This document shows, piece by piece, positions 1 to 9,637 of a DNA stretch of 64,000 nucleotides; position 1 is the first letter of the stretch; each line of letters starts with the position of its first letter. The stretch comes from Candidatus Dormiibacterota bacterium (GTDB taxonomy: Bacteria > Chloroflexota > Dormibacteria > Aeolococcales > Aeolococcaceae). Position numbers and translations under genes: made by a program. Under the pieces are notes generated by a model that was not told where the DNA came from, made no database searches, and worked only from the letters and a program-made list of their open reading frames with translations. The stretch spans positions 2,688,001 to 2,752,000 of the forward strand of contig OY970355.1 of the NCBI GenBank assembly GCA_963718525.1, given 5' to 3'.

Positions 1-696
1 GAGCACGAACCGCGAGGAGGCAGCTGCCGGCGACAACCAGGGATCCGTGACGAGCACCACCGTGCTTCCCTTCGCCGCCGCGACCTTTGCGCTGTTGATG
101 GTGTCGCTCTGGTAGCGGCGGTAGTCGAACACGACCAGGACGTCTCGACGTCCGAGGTCGACCAGGTGATCCGCGGGGTTGGACCGCTCCGGGTCGATCA
201 GCTCCACGCCCGCCCGGATGAGGTGCAGCTGACTCGCAAGGTACCGGGCAACGAAGGCGCTCACCCGGCCGCCGAGCGCCAGGACACGCCGGCGCGGATC
301 CGCCAGCAGCTCGACGACCGCGTCGAAGTCGTGCTCCGAGACCATGTCCACGCTCGTCCGCAGGGTGTGCTCATAGGTCGAGAACGCTTCGTGGAGCATC
401 GATCCGGTCGAATCCGCGGGTCGGGTCAGCTCGTAGCGGGTCAGTGGCGAGCTCAAGCGCTCCTGCAATTCCTGGCGAAGGGAATCCTGGAACTCCGGGT
501 AGCCACGCAACCCCAGCTTGGTGATGAATCGCGTCACGGTTGCCGGGCTCACCCCGGCGCGTTCGGCGAATCGGGTCAGGCTCTCCAGCCCGGCAACCGG
601 GTAGAACGCAAGCAGGACCTGTCCGAGCCGACGCTCCGACGCACTCAGCGCGCCCATCCGTTGGCGGACCAGCTCGCCGACCAGGAACTCCGGCAT
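1..696 (-). CDS. MurR/RpiR family transcriptional regulator (3' end runs off the window)
   Basis: Manual translation from ATG at 696: MPEFLVGELVRQRMGALSASERRLGQVLL...SLTRFAERAGVSPATVTRFITKLGLRGYPEFQ is an RpiR HTH, followed by SIS-like sequence. Divergent from the amine operon; absent from the ORF track because it is truncated. Confidence 0.9.
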   Translation of the reverse strand, partial: MPEFLVGELVRQRMGALSASERRLGQVLLAFYPVAGLESLTRFAERAGVSPATVTRFITKLGLRGYPEFQDSLRQELQERLSSPLTRYELTRPADSTGSMLHEAFSTYEHTLRTSVDMVSEHDFDAVVELLADPRRRVLALGGRVSAFVARYLASQLHLIRAGVELIDPERSNPADHLVDLGRRDVLVVFDYRRYQSDTINSAKVAAAKGSTVVLVTDPWLSPAAASSRFVL

Positions 697-712
697 TGAA
701 AAGATTCTTACA
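697..712. promoter_or_regulatory. Putative RpiR operator TGAAAAGATTCTTACA
   Basis: AT-rich near-palindrome (TGAAA-N6-TTACA) directly upstream of the regulator start codon in the divergent intergenic region. Confidence 0.45.
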
Positions 713-746
713 GTTTGGACCGGCCGGCGTTTGTTCGATAAATCTG

Positions 747-776
747 TTGACGCTGGCACTGACCCGCTGCTACTGT
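747..776 (+). promoter_or_regulatory. Sigma70-type promoter of the amine catabolic operon
   Basis: TTGACG-18 nt-TACTGT, upstream of GGGAG RBS and ATG 814. Confidence 0.55.
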
Positions 777-813
777 GCGGCCACCACACCGGACCGCATG
801 GGGAGATGAGCCG

Positions 814-2361
814 ATGACCCAGGTTATTGACAGCGATACCGAGACGCTCCACAGGCTCGGGTACGCTCAGGAACTCCTCAGGAAGATGGGGGGCTTCTCC
901 AATTTCGCCGTCTCATTCACGATCATCTCGATCCTGTCCGGCTGTCTCACTGCCTACGGCACAGCGATGTTCAACGGCGGGCCGGTCGACATGAATATCG
1001 GCTGGCCGCTCGTCGGCATCATGGTGATCATCGTCGGTCTCGCGATGGCCGAGGTCTGCTCCAGCTACCCGACGGCCGGCGGTCTCTACTACTGGTCCGC
1101 GAAGCTCGGTGGCAAGAATGGACCCGCCTGGAGCTGGTTCACCGGGTGGTTCAACCTGCTCGGCCAGGTGGCGATCACTGCCGGTATCGACGGCGGCCTG
1201 GCGCTCTTCGCCTCAGCCTTCATGAACAACTGGTTCGGATATCCACTCGACGCCCCCCATATCCTCCTGATCTACGCAATCGCGCTCTTCCTCCACGGGC
1301 TGCTCAACACGTTCGGAGTGCGTCTGGTCGCGCTGCTCAATGACATCTCGGTCTGGTGGCACATCGTGGGAGTCGTCTTCATCGTCGCCGTGCTGCTCAT
1401 CGTGCCGAAGCACCATCAGTCCGTCTCATTCATCTTCACGAGCTTCCAGAATGGGAGCGGGGCATCGTTCCCAGGTTCGGTCGTCTATGTGTTCCTGATC
1501 GGTCTCCTCCTGGCGCAATACACGTTCACGGGCTATGACGCCTCAGCGCACATGACCGAAGAGACAAAAAATGCGGCGATCGCTGGCCCACGGGGCATCG
1601 TCCTGTCAATCGTCGTCTCGCTATTCGCCGGCTGGATATTGCTCATCGGTGTGACATCGGCGATTCAGAACTACGCGGTCGAGTCGTCGAACGCCGTGCC
1701 CGCGGCCAAGATATTCATCGACGCCGCAGGTGGTGGCCTCGGGCAGCTCCTACTCTTGATCGCCATCGGCGCCCAGTTCTACTGCGGCATGTCATCCGTG
1801 ACGGCCAACTCTCGGATGATCTACGCATTCTCGCGTGATGGCGCCGTGCCCGGCCACCAACTCTGGAGCAAGATCAACAAGCGGACGCGTACTCCAACCA
1901 ACTCGATCTGGCTTGCTGCTGTCCTGGCGTTCATCCTGTGGCTCCCTTACCTCTACAACCCCAATGCCTACTTCGCCGTAATCTCCATTGCGGTTATTGG
2001 TCTCTACATCGCGTACGGCATTCCGATCCTGCTCCGGTTGCGCGCGGGCAGCAACTTCCAGCCAGGCCCGTGGAACCTGGGCAAGTGGAGCCGCGTCATC
2101 GGCATCGTGGCTGTGGTGTGGATCGTCATCATCAGCATCCTGTTCGTGTTGCCGATCACCTTCCCGGTGACACTCGGCAACTTCAACTACACGATCGTTG
2201 CCGTCGGGGTTGTCGCGATCGGCACAACACTCTGGTGGCTGCTTTCCGCGAGGAAGTGGTTCAAGGGCCCGCAGATCATGGGCACGGCCGAGGAACTCGC
2301 ATTGATCGAGGCAGGGTTCACCCCCGCTGTTGCGCCGGTGCCGGCGGTTTCGGCAGGCTGA
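814..2361 (+). CDS. APC family amino acid/polyamine permease
   Basis: LHRLGYAQEL, FSNFAVSFTIIS, PTAGGLYYW, GYDASAHMTEET motifs; ~12 TM. Confidence 0.92.
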   Translation: MTQVIDSDTETLHRLGYAQELLRKMGGFSNFAVSFTIISILSGCLTAYGTAMFNGGPVDMNIGWPLVGIMVIIVGLAMAEVCSSYPTAGGLYYWSAKLGGKNGPAWSWFTGWFNLLGQVAITAGIDGGLALFASAFMNNWFGYPLDAPHILLIYAIALFLHGLLNTFGVRLVALLNDISVWWHIVGVVFIVAVLLIVPKHHQSVSFIFTSFQNGSGASFPGSVVYVFLIGLLLAQYTFTGYDASAHMTEETKNAAIAGPRGIVLSIVVSLFAGWILLIGVTSAIQNYAVESSNAVPAAKIFIDAAGGGLGQLLLLIAIGAQFYCGMSSVTANSRMIYAFSRDGAVPGHQLWSKINKRTRTPTNSIWLAAVLAFILWLPYLYNPNAYFAVISIAVIGLYIAYGIPILLRLRAGSNFQPGPWNLGKWSRVIGIVAVVWIVIISILFVLPITFPVTLGNFNYTIVAVGVVAIGTTLWWLLSARKWFKGPQIMGTAEELALIEAGFTPAVAPVPAVSAG

Positions 2362-2431
2362 TAGGCTCACAACTCAGTTCATCACGCGTGCTCGCGGCCA
2401 CGGCGCCGCGAGCACGCGAAGGATCCACAAC

Positions 2432-3166
2432 ATGCCCAAGCCCAGGATCGGTGTGACGTGCAGCCCACTGCGCGGACCCGCCTACTACGCGCCCTACCTT
2501 CGCGCGGTGGAGGCCGCCGGCGGTGAGCCGGTCACGCTCGACCCGAGACCGAACGGCCTTGCCTCGGGTGAGGCGACATCGATGCTCCACGGTATCGACG
2601 GCCTCCTCGTTCCCGGTGGCTGGGATGTCGATCCGCCCGCGTATGGCGAGGACCGGCAGGAGGAAACCCCCAATGTCGATACGCCGCTGGACCTCACGGA
2701 GATCGCCCTGGTGCGTGCAGCCGTCGATCAGCGGGTCCCGGTCTTCGGGATCTGCCGCGGCCAGCAGGTGATCAACGTGGCGCTCGGCGGGTCGCTCCTT
2801 CAGCATATCGACGGTCACGACCACCATGGCCATCCCCGAGACCTCCTCGTGCATGCCATCGACGTCGTGCCGGGTTCTCAGCTGTCGAAGGTCACCGCGG
2901 GCGAGCGACTGATGGTCAACAGCCTCCACCACCAGTCGGTGAAGGACGTTGCGCCCGGGCTCCACGTGACGGCGCACAGCCCGGATGGTGTCGTCGAGGG
3001 CATCGAGTCACCGGACGGGATGATCGTGGCCGTGCAGTGTCACCCAGAAGAGTTGCTCGGCCAGCAGGGATGGGCGATGTCGCTCTTCCGCAGCTTCGTC
3101 GACCGCGTCGCGGGGCACAACCATAACGGCACGGTTGCGACCGACATCTCCAAGGAGGGCAGCTAA
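2432..3166 (+). CDS. Gamma-glutamyl-gamma-aminobutyrate hydrolase (peptidase C26, PuuD-like)
   Basis: DGLLVPGGWDV, FGICRGQQ, VNSLHHQ, VQCHPE class I amidotransferase motifs. Confidence 0.9.
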   Translation: MPKPRIGVTCSPLRGPAYYAPYLRAVEAAGGEPVTLDPRPNGLASGEATSMLHGIDGLLVPGGWDVDPPAYGEDRQEETPNVDTPLDLTEIALVRAAVDQRVPVFGICRGQQVINVALGGSLLQHIDGHDHHGHPRDLLVHAIDVVPGSQLSKVTAGERLMVNSLHHQSVKDVAPGLHVTAHSPDGVVEGIESPDGMIVAVQCHPEELLGQQGWAMSLFRSFVDRVAGHNHNGTVATDISKEGS

Positions 3167-3169
3167 CCG

Positions 3170-4504
3170 ATGCTTTCGCTCGAGGACCTCACCAACTCCG
3201 TGGACGCCGGCGATGTCGACACGGTGATCGTCGCCTTCACCGATATGCAGGGTCGCCTGATGGGCAAGCGCATGGAGGCGCATTTCTTTCTCGAGGAGAT
3301 GGAGCACGACAACCCGATCGAGGGGTGCAACTACCTGCTCGCCCTGGAGATGGAGATGGATCCGGTTCCCGGCTATGAAATCGCGAGTTGGGAGCGCGGC
3401 TACGGGGATTTCTCGATGGTCCCCGACTTCTCGACGATGCGACGGATCCCCTGGTTGGAGGGGACTGCGCTGGTCCTGTGCGACGTCGCATGGAACGATG
3501 GGGCGCCTGTCCGACCCTCACCGCGCCAGGTGCTCAAGGCGCAGGTGGAGCGCGCGCGTGCCCTCGGATACACGGCGATGTTCGGCTCCGAGCTCGAGTT
3601 CTTCCTCATCAAGGAGACGTACGCGCAGGCGCATGAGCAGCATTACCGCGGACTCACGCCCTCGGTTCCCTACATCCTCGACTACCACATCCTTGCGACC
3701 AGCTACGACGAGCCGTTCATCCGCTCGGTGCGCAACAACATGCAGGCGGCCGGTATGCGCGTCGAAACGTCCAAGGGCGAGGCGTGGCCGGGCCAGCAGG
3801 AGCTGAATTTCCGGTACAGCGACGCCGTTACCATGGCCGACAACCACGTCATCTACAAGAACGGCATCAAGGAGATGGCGCAGCAGAGCGGACGGTCCGT
3901 CACTTTCATGGCGAAGCCCGACCACACGTGGATCGGCAGCTCGTGCCACATCCACTCGAGTCTCTGGGAGGGCGACAACGCGCTGTTCGCCGGGGAATCG
4001 TCGCTGTTCAAGCGGTACCTCGCGGGCATGGTCGCCGGCGCGGGCGAGTTCGCGGTCTTTCTCGCTCCGAATGTCAACTCGTACAAGCGATATGCGGCCG
4101 GAAGCTGGGCGCCAACCACGCTGGCGTGGGGGTACGACAACCGGACATGCGGTTTCCGGGTCGTCGGCCACGGGAAGTCACTGCGCGTCGAGTGCCGCAT
4201 TCCCGGCGCCGATGCCAATCCGTACCTCGCCTTTGCTGCGTTGCTCGCTGCTGGACTGCACGGCATCGAGCAGCAGCTCGAGCTGGCGCCCGCGTTCACG
4301 GGCAACGCCTATGAATCCGATGTCAAGCGATTTCCGCACACCCTCAATGAGGCGATCGGCGCGCTCGAGCACGGCACGATCGCGCGCTCGGCGTTCGGTG
4401 ACGACGTCATCGACCATTACCTGAACTACGCACGCACCGAGCAGCAGCTCTTTGACAAGGTGGTCACCTGCTACGAGCGCGAACGGTTCTTCGAGCGCGG
4501 ATGA
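3170..4504 (+). CDS. Glutamine synthetase-like gamma-glutamylamine ligase (PuuA-like)
   Basis: DMQGRLMGKR, ELEFF, GQQELN, TFMAKP, SSCHIHSS, NSYKRY, DNRT, RVECRIPGADANPY; next to a PuuD-like gene. Confidence 0.9.
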   Translation: MLSLEDLTNSVDAGDVDTVIVAFTDMQGRLMGKRMEAHFFLEEMEHDNPIEGCNYLLALEMEMDPVPGYEIASWERGYGDFSMVPDFSTMRRIPWLEGTALVLCDVAWNDGAPVRPSPRQVLKAQVERARALGYTAMFGSELEFFLIKETYAQAHEQHYRGLTPSVPYILDYHILATSYDEPFIRSVRNNMQAAGMRVETSKGEAWPGQQELNFRYSDAVTMADNHVIYKNGIKEMAQQSGRSVTFMAKPDHTWIGSSCHIHSSLWEGDNALFAGESSLFKRYLAGMVAGAGEFAVFLAPNVNSYKRYAAGSWAPTTLAWGYDNRTCGFRVVGHGKSLRVECRIPGADANPYLAFAALLAAGLHGIEQQLELAPAFTGNAYESDVKRFPHTLNEAIGALEHGTIARSAFGDDVIDHYLNYARTEQQLFDKVVTCYERERFFERG

Positions 4505-5853
4505 CACTTCGGGTCGTCAACCCGGCCACCGAAGAGCAGCTGGCCGAGCTGGAGCAGGCGGGGGTTCCCGACACAGACCGGGCAGTGGCTGCAGCGAAAG
4601 CGGCGTTCCCTGCGTGGCGAGCGGTCGCGCCATCTGATCGTGCGCGCCTGCTGCGCCGGCTCGCGGCGCTCGTCGAGGAACATCACGAGGAACTTGCGCT
4701 GCTCGAGACCAGGAACGTCGGCAAGCCGATCTCCGACTCGCGCGGCGAGGTCGGCATGGTCGCCGAGGTGTTCCACTACTATGCCGGCGCTGTCGACAAG
4801 CACTTCGGCCAGACCATCCCCGTTGCGGGCGGCATCGACGTGACCTTTCGCGAGCCGCTCGGTGTGGTGGGGCTGATCGTCCCCTGGAATTTCCCGCTCA
4901 ACATCGCAAGCTGGAAAGTCGGGCCTGCCCTGGCGTGCGGGAATACGGTTGTGCTCAAGCCTGCCGAGCTCACACCGATGACCGCGATCCGGCTGGCAGA
5001 ACTCGCCCTCGAAGCGGGCATCCCGGAGGGCGTGTTCGAGGTCGTGGTCGGACCCGGTCGGGTGGTCGGCGAGCGGTTGATTCACCATCCCGACGTTGCC
5101 AAGATCGGCTTCACCGGCTCCACCCAGGTTGGCATCGGCGTGATGCGAGGCGCGGCGGAAACCATCAAACGCGTCACCCTGGAGCTTGGCGGCAAGTCGG
5201 CGAATATCGTCTTCGCCGATGCGGACCTCGACCGCGCCGCAGCCGCAGCGCCGTATGCGGTGTTCGGCAACGCGGGACAGGACTGCTGCGCGCGATCGCG
5301 CATCATCGTTCAGCGCGAGGCGTATGACCGCTTTGTGTCCCTGCTCATCACAGCCACGGGTGCGCTTCGGGTCGGCGATCCCGAGGATGCGGCAACCGAG
5401 ATGGGCCCTCTCGTCTCGGCGGGTCACCGCGCGACGGTCGCGTCGTTTGTCGAGTCCGAGCCGCTGTTCAAGGGATCGACACCCGAAGGTCCGGGGTTCT
5501 GGTTTCCGTGCACGCTCATTGAGGCAACCAACAACGATCGTGTCGCGCGCGATGAGGTCTTCGGACCGGTCGCCGCGATCATTCCCTTCACGGACGAGGA
5601 CGACGCGGTTCGGATCGCCAACGACACGCCGTATGGATTGTCCGGTTCGATCTGGACAACCAACGGCGCCCGCGCCGTGCGTGTTGCCAGGGCGCTCGAA
5701 ACCGGCGTGATCTCGATCAACAGCAATTCCTCGGTGCGAGTGTCGACTCCGTTTGGAGGCTTCAAGCAGTCGGGTTTCGGGCGCGAGCTCGGCATGAACG
5801 CGCTCGATGGCTATTCCGAGGTGAAGAACGTGTTCATGTCAACGGAGGGCTGA
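4501..5853 (+). CDS. Aldehyde dehydrogenase (gamma-glutamyl-aminoaldehyde type)
   Basis: PWNFP, FTGST, LELGGKS, NAGQDCCA, EVFGP, PFGGFKQSG. Confidence 0.92.
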   Translation: MTLRVVNPATEEQLAELEQAGVPDTDRAVAAAKAAFPAWRAVAPSDRARLLRRLAALVEEHHEELALLETRNVGKPISDSRGEVGMVAEVFHYYAGAVDKHFGQTIPVAGGIDVTFREPLGVVGLIVPWNFPLNIASWKVGPALACGNTVVLKPAELTPMTAIRLAELALEAGIPEGVFEVVVGPGRVVGERLIHHPDVAKIGFTGSTQVGIGVMRGAAETIKRVTLELGGKSANIVFADADLDRAAAAAPYAVFGNAGQDCCARSRIIVQREAYDRFVSLLITATGALRVGDPEDAATEMGPLVSAGHRATVASFVESEPLFKGSTPEGPGFWFPCTLIEATNNDRVARDEVFGPVAAIIPFTDEDDAVRIANDTPYGLSGSIWTTNGARAVRVARALETGVISINSNSSVRVSTPFGGFKQSGFGRELGMNALDGYSEVKNVFMSTEG

Positions 5854-5858
5854 CGCTG

Positions 5859-6626
5859 ATGGGACGCCTCGACGGCAAGGTTGCGGTGATCACAGGCGCG
5901 GCAGGTGGCATCGGCCGCGAGGCGGCCCTGCGATTCTCAGACGAGGGAGCCGCCGTGGTGGTCGCCGACATCGGAACGTCCAACGGGGCACAGACCGCTG
6001 CGGAGTGCACCCGCGCGATGTTCGTCGAGGTCGACGTGAGCAATGCCGCGAGTGTCGCGGCAATGTATGCGACGGCCGTCGTGGCGTACGGCGGTGTGGA
6101 CATCCTCTACAACAACGCCGGCATCATGCCCGCCGATGACAACTCGATCCTCGTCACCGAACCCGACGCGTGGGACCGGGTTCAGGCCGTCAACGCGAAG
6201 GGCGTCTACCTCTGCTGCAAACACGGGATCCCGCATCTCCTTGAGCGCGGCGGCGGTTCGGTCATCAACGTCGCCTCGTTCGTGGCGCTGGTCGGGGCGG
6301 CAACCTCACAGATCGCGTACACGGCGTCCAAAGGTGCGGTCCTTTCGATGAGCCGCGAGCTCGCGGTTCAGTTCGCGCGACAGGGCGTTCGTGTCAACGC
6401 GTTGTGCCCGGGACCCGTGGAGACGCCACTGCTGATGCGCCTCTTCGCCGACAACCCCGACGCATATGAGCGGCGGCGCATCCACCTGCCGATGGGTCGC
6501 CTCGCCACGGCGCGAGAGATCGCCAATGCCGCGCTGTTCCTCGCCAGCGACGAATCCTCGTATGTCAACGGAGCGACGTTCCTTGTTGATGGAGGCCTCA
6601 CCGCCGCGTATGTGACGCCGGAATAG
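5859..6626 (+). CDS. Short-chain dehydrogenase/reductase
   Basis: TGAAGGIG, NNAG, YTASKG. Confidence 0.9.
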   Translation: MGRLDGKVAVITGAAGGIGREAALRFSDEGAAVVVADIGTSNGAQTAAECTRAMFVEVDVSNAASVAAMYATAVVAYGGVDILYNNAGIMPADDNSILVTEPDAWDRVQAVNAKGVYLCCKHGIPHLLERGGGSVINVASFVALVGAATSQIAYTASKGAVLSMSRELAVQFARQGVRVNALCPGPVETPLLMRLFADNPDAYERRRIHLPMGRLATAREIANAALFLASDESSYVNGATFLVDGGLTAAYVTPE

Positions 6627-6730
6627 GCGCGCCTGGGCCGTCGTGTAACCCATCGCCATACTCTCCCGCATCAGGTACTCATCCGGAGCGGCCGCTGCCG
6701 ATCAGACTGCCGGTGTCATGATCCCCACGC

Positions 6731-7831
6731 ATGGTTGTTCAGGCGGCGATCCGCTCGGCGTCGCTGCCCGATCGCCGCTCCCCATGGCCGGTGCCGGCAC
6801 CGGTCGCTGTCAGGGGACTCGGCACCGCGGTGCCGCCGTATCGCGTCGGCGGCGATGAGCTGCTCCGTCTGATCCCCCAGCTCTGGCCGCGGATGGAGCG
6901 TCGGGTCAGCCTCTTCGCCAACGAGCTTTCGCAGACGCAGCGCTATCTCGTGCGCCCGATCGACGAGGCGCTCATCCAGCTGAGTCCCGGCGAGCAGGCG
7001 GTCCGATATGCCGCTGAAGCCACCCCGCTGGCCCTCGCCGCTGCCCACCGAGGCATCGCTGACGCAGCGGTCGAGATCGCCGACATTGGGCTCATCGTGG
7101 TGTCATCGTGTACCGGGTTCGTGCTTCCCGGCGTGGATGTGCAGCTGATCAATCAGCTCGGCCTCCGGCGCGATATCCGGCGCATGCCGTTCATGAATTT
7201 CGGGTGCGCAGGCGGCGCGGCGGCGCTGAGCTGGGCGTCCGACTGGGCGCGGGCTCATCCCGACGAGACCGCACTTGTCGTCGCGGTGGAGGTGCCGTCG
7301 CTCACGTTCCGGCCGGCCGACACGTCTGCCGACAACCTGTTGAGCGTGCTCGTCTTCGGTGACGGTGCGGGGGCCGCCGTGCTCCATGCCGGAGCAGCCC
7401 CCGGACGCATTGGGATCGGCAGGACAGGCCATCAGCTGGTGGCCGCGAGCACCGATTCGCTCGGCTTCGAGCGGGCCGACGACGGATTCCGTGTTGTCGT
7501 CTCGCGTCACCTGCCGAGGCTGCTCGAGACTCACCTCCCAGCGATCGTTTCGAGCTTCATCGGGCGGGCAGCCGATCTTGATGCGGTCGCTCTTCACCCC
7601 GGCGGCCACGCGATCATCGACTCCGTGGCTCGCTGCCTTCGCCTGGGCGATGCGCAGGTCGCCGCCTCGCGACGAGTCATGAGCGCAGTCGGGAACACGT
7701 CGTCCGCGGCAATCCTCTTCGTCCTCGAGGATCTCGGGAGGCACCTGACCTCCCCCTCCGGCCGCGGTCTGGCCGCCGCGTTCGGCCCGGGGCTCATGAT
7801 CGAGCTCCTCGAGTTGCTCTGGGCGTCTTGA
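6731..7831 (+). CDS. Type III polyketide synthase (SrsA/BpsA-like)
   Basis: Catalytic Cys (FGCAGG), His (ALHPGG) and Asn (GNTSS); FGDGAGA; AFGPG. Confidence 0.9.
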   Translation: MVVQAAIRSASLPDRRSPWPVPAPVAVRGLGTAVPPYRVGGDELLRLIPQLWPRMERRVSLFANELSQTQRYLVRPIDEALIQLSPGEQAVRYAAEATPLALAAAHRGIADAAVEIADIGLIVVSSCTGFVLPGVDVQLINQLGLRRDIRRMPFMNFGCAGGAAALSWASDWARAHPDETALVVAVEVPSLTFRPADTSADNLLSVLVFGDGAGAAVLHAGAAPGRIGIGRTGHQLVAASTDSLGFERADDGFRVVVSRHLPRLLETHLPAIVSSFIGRAADLDAVALHPGGHAIIDSVARCLRLGDAQVAASRRVMSAVGNTSSAAILFVLEDLGRHLTSPSGRGLAAAFGPGLMIELLELLWAS

Positions 7832-8445
7832 ACCGGCGTGCGCGCACCGCCCTGGTGCTTGCCACCGGTGCGCAACGGCTGGTCGAGTTGCGCATCTCGG
7901 CACGCAATCGCGCTCGTCAGGGGCGCGCGGAGCAGGCGTCGCCTTCCACGTACCCGCTCATGGTGGCCGCACACGTGGCCCTATTCGCCATCAGCGCATG
8001 GCCGCGGGCGGGGCGCAGAGTCCCTCGATCGATTGAGGTCGTTGCTCTCGGCGGGCTCGCCGCATCAACGGCTCTCCGTCTCTGGGCCATCCGCTCGCTG
8101 GGGTCCGGCTGGAACGTCACGGCGCACGTCGCGCCTGGGGGGCACATTCAGACCGGTGGTCCGTATCGTTACGTGCGCCATCCCAACTACGTCGCCGTGG
8201 CGATGGAATTCGCGTTCCTTCCCATGGCCGTGGGCGCCTTCCCGGAGGCGGTGGCGCTCTCCGTCGCCAACGCTGCTGTTCTCATCCCTCGCATTCGCGC
8301 CGAGGAACGCCTGCTCGACGCGCTCCCCGGATATCCCGAGGCCTTTGACGGCGTGCCTCGGTTCGTGCCACGCCGGAGCCGGCGGAGCCGTCAGATCCCT
8401 GCCAGCAGCAGCCAGTCTCGGGGTGTCACGTCCCTGAATCGCTGA
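7828..8445 (+). CDS. Isoprenylcysteine carboxyl methyltransferase family (SrsB/BpsB-like)
   Basis: QRLVELRIS, LRLWAIRSLG, GPYRYVRHPNY, RIRAEE; overlaps the PKS stop codon. Confidence 0.88.
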   Translation: MNRRARTALVLATGAQRLVELRISARNRARQGRAEQASPSTYPLMVAAHVALFAISAWPRAGRRVPRSIEVVALGGLAASTALRLWAIRSLGSGWNVTAHVAPGGHIQTGGPYRYVRHPNYVAVAMEFAFLPMAVGAFPEAVALSVANAAVLIPRIRAEERLLDALPGYPEAFDGVPRFVPRRSRRSRQIPASSSQSRGVTSLNR

Positions 8446-9623
8446 TACCCGCAGTTGATCGCGACCAGCTTGGACAGGGCCCGCGGGTCGGTGGTCGCTC
8501 GAACGATTGCGCGGCGGCTGAGCGCCGGCGATCGGGCCAGGAAGAGCGCGAGTTGTGTCAGGCGGCGCCGTTCACGCACCAGATCGGCGTGGTCGGCCGC
8601 ATAACGGGCTGCGGCGGCTTCGGGGGAGCTGCGACCCGTGAGGAGCTCGCCGGCGTGTTCGGCAAGGCGCTCGGCGAGGAGCATCCCGATCGCGATGCCG
8701 TCGCCAGTCGTCGGATCGTCGTATCCCGAGGCGTCGCCGATGAGGAAGACGCGGCCGTCCGCAACTGATCGCACACGCTGGTGGAAGTGCGCAGCACCGA
8801 GTGGGCCTGACACCAACTCGGCGCTCCGAAGAGCCGGGATGCTTCGCCGAGCTGCGGCCGCATACGTTCGGGGGGTCATCGCCGGTCGTCTGCGATGCGT
8901 GAGGATCGACACGAGGAGCAGCGCCGGTCCCACCGGTGCTTCGTACCACTCGTGGCCGCCTGCGAGGGTCACCGTGACCGCGTCGATGTCCCGGGTATCG
9001 ACTCTCCAGTGCCCGGCGAGCCCGTAGCGCACGCGCGTGGTTGCCGGCATGTTCAGCCCCACCCAGGAGCGCATCTGCGAGTGCAGCCCGTCGGCGGCGA
9101 TCACGACTCGAGCCTTTATCTGATCCGTCGTCGTGGTCACGCCCACGACCCGATTCGACCGATCGCGCAGCAGACCCGTGACCCGTTGGGCCTCGTACAC
9201 GCTGGCACTGCGTTCCTGTCGCACAGCGTCGACCAGGATCTCGTCGAAGCTGGTGCGTCGAACCCCGAGCCCTTCAGGTGGAGCGCCGTCCGGCGGCTCC
9301 GAAAACGGCACGTGCACCCGAGGGTACCCTCCCCGGTGCTGGTACGTCACGCCGCGCAGGGGCCGTGCGCCGCTGGCAACCACGCTCTCGTACAGGCCCA
9401 GTCTGCGCAGCGTCGCCACGCCGGGCGGCATGACGCCTTCACCACACGCCTTGTCGCGCGGGAAGCGGGCGCGATCCACTAGCACCACCTCGTGCCCGCG
9501 CCTCGCGAGGAGCAGCGCGGCCGTTGCACCGCTGGGGCCGGCTCCAACGACGACGGCCTCGGTCTCGATCACGGCGGCACTGTCGCAGATAGGCTCGACG
9601 CGGAGGCGGCGCGGGGTGACCAC
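8391..9623 (-). CDS. FAD-dependent oxidoreductase/monooxygenase (SrsC/geranylgeranyl reductase-like)
   Basis: VVGAGPSG, FPRDKACGEG, AADGLHS, LIGDASGYDDPTTGDGI; start uncertain. Confidence 0.85.
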   Translation of the reverse strand: MVTPRRLRVEPICDSAAVIETEAVVVGAGPSGATAALLLARRGHEVVLVDRARFPRDKACGEGVMPPGVATLRRLGLYESVVASGARPLRGVTYQHRGGYPRVHVPFSEPPDGAPPEGLGVRRTSFDEILVDAVRQERSASVYEAQRVTGLLRDRSNRVVGVTTTTDQIKARVVIAADGLHSQMRSWVGLNMPATTRVRYGLAGHWRVDTRDIDAVTVTLAGGHEWYEAPVGPALLLVSILTHRRRPAMTPRTYAAAARRSIPALRSAELVSGPLGAAHFHQRVRSVADGRVFLIGDASGYDDPTTGDGIAIGMLLAERLAEHAGELLTGRSSPEAAAARYAADHADLVRERRRLTQLALFLARSPALSRRAIVRATTDPRALSKLVAINCGYQRFRDVTPRDWLLLAGI

Positions 9624-9637
9624 GCCAAGGATCCGCG

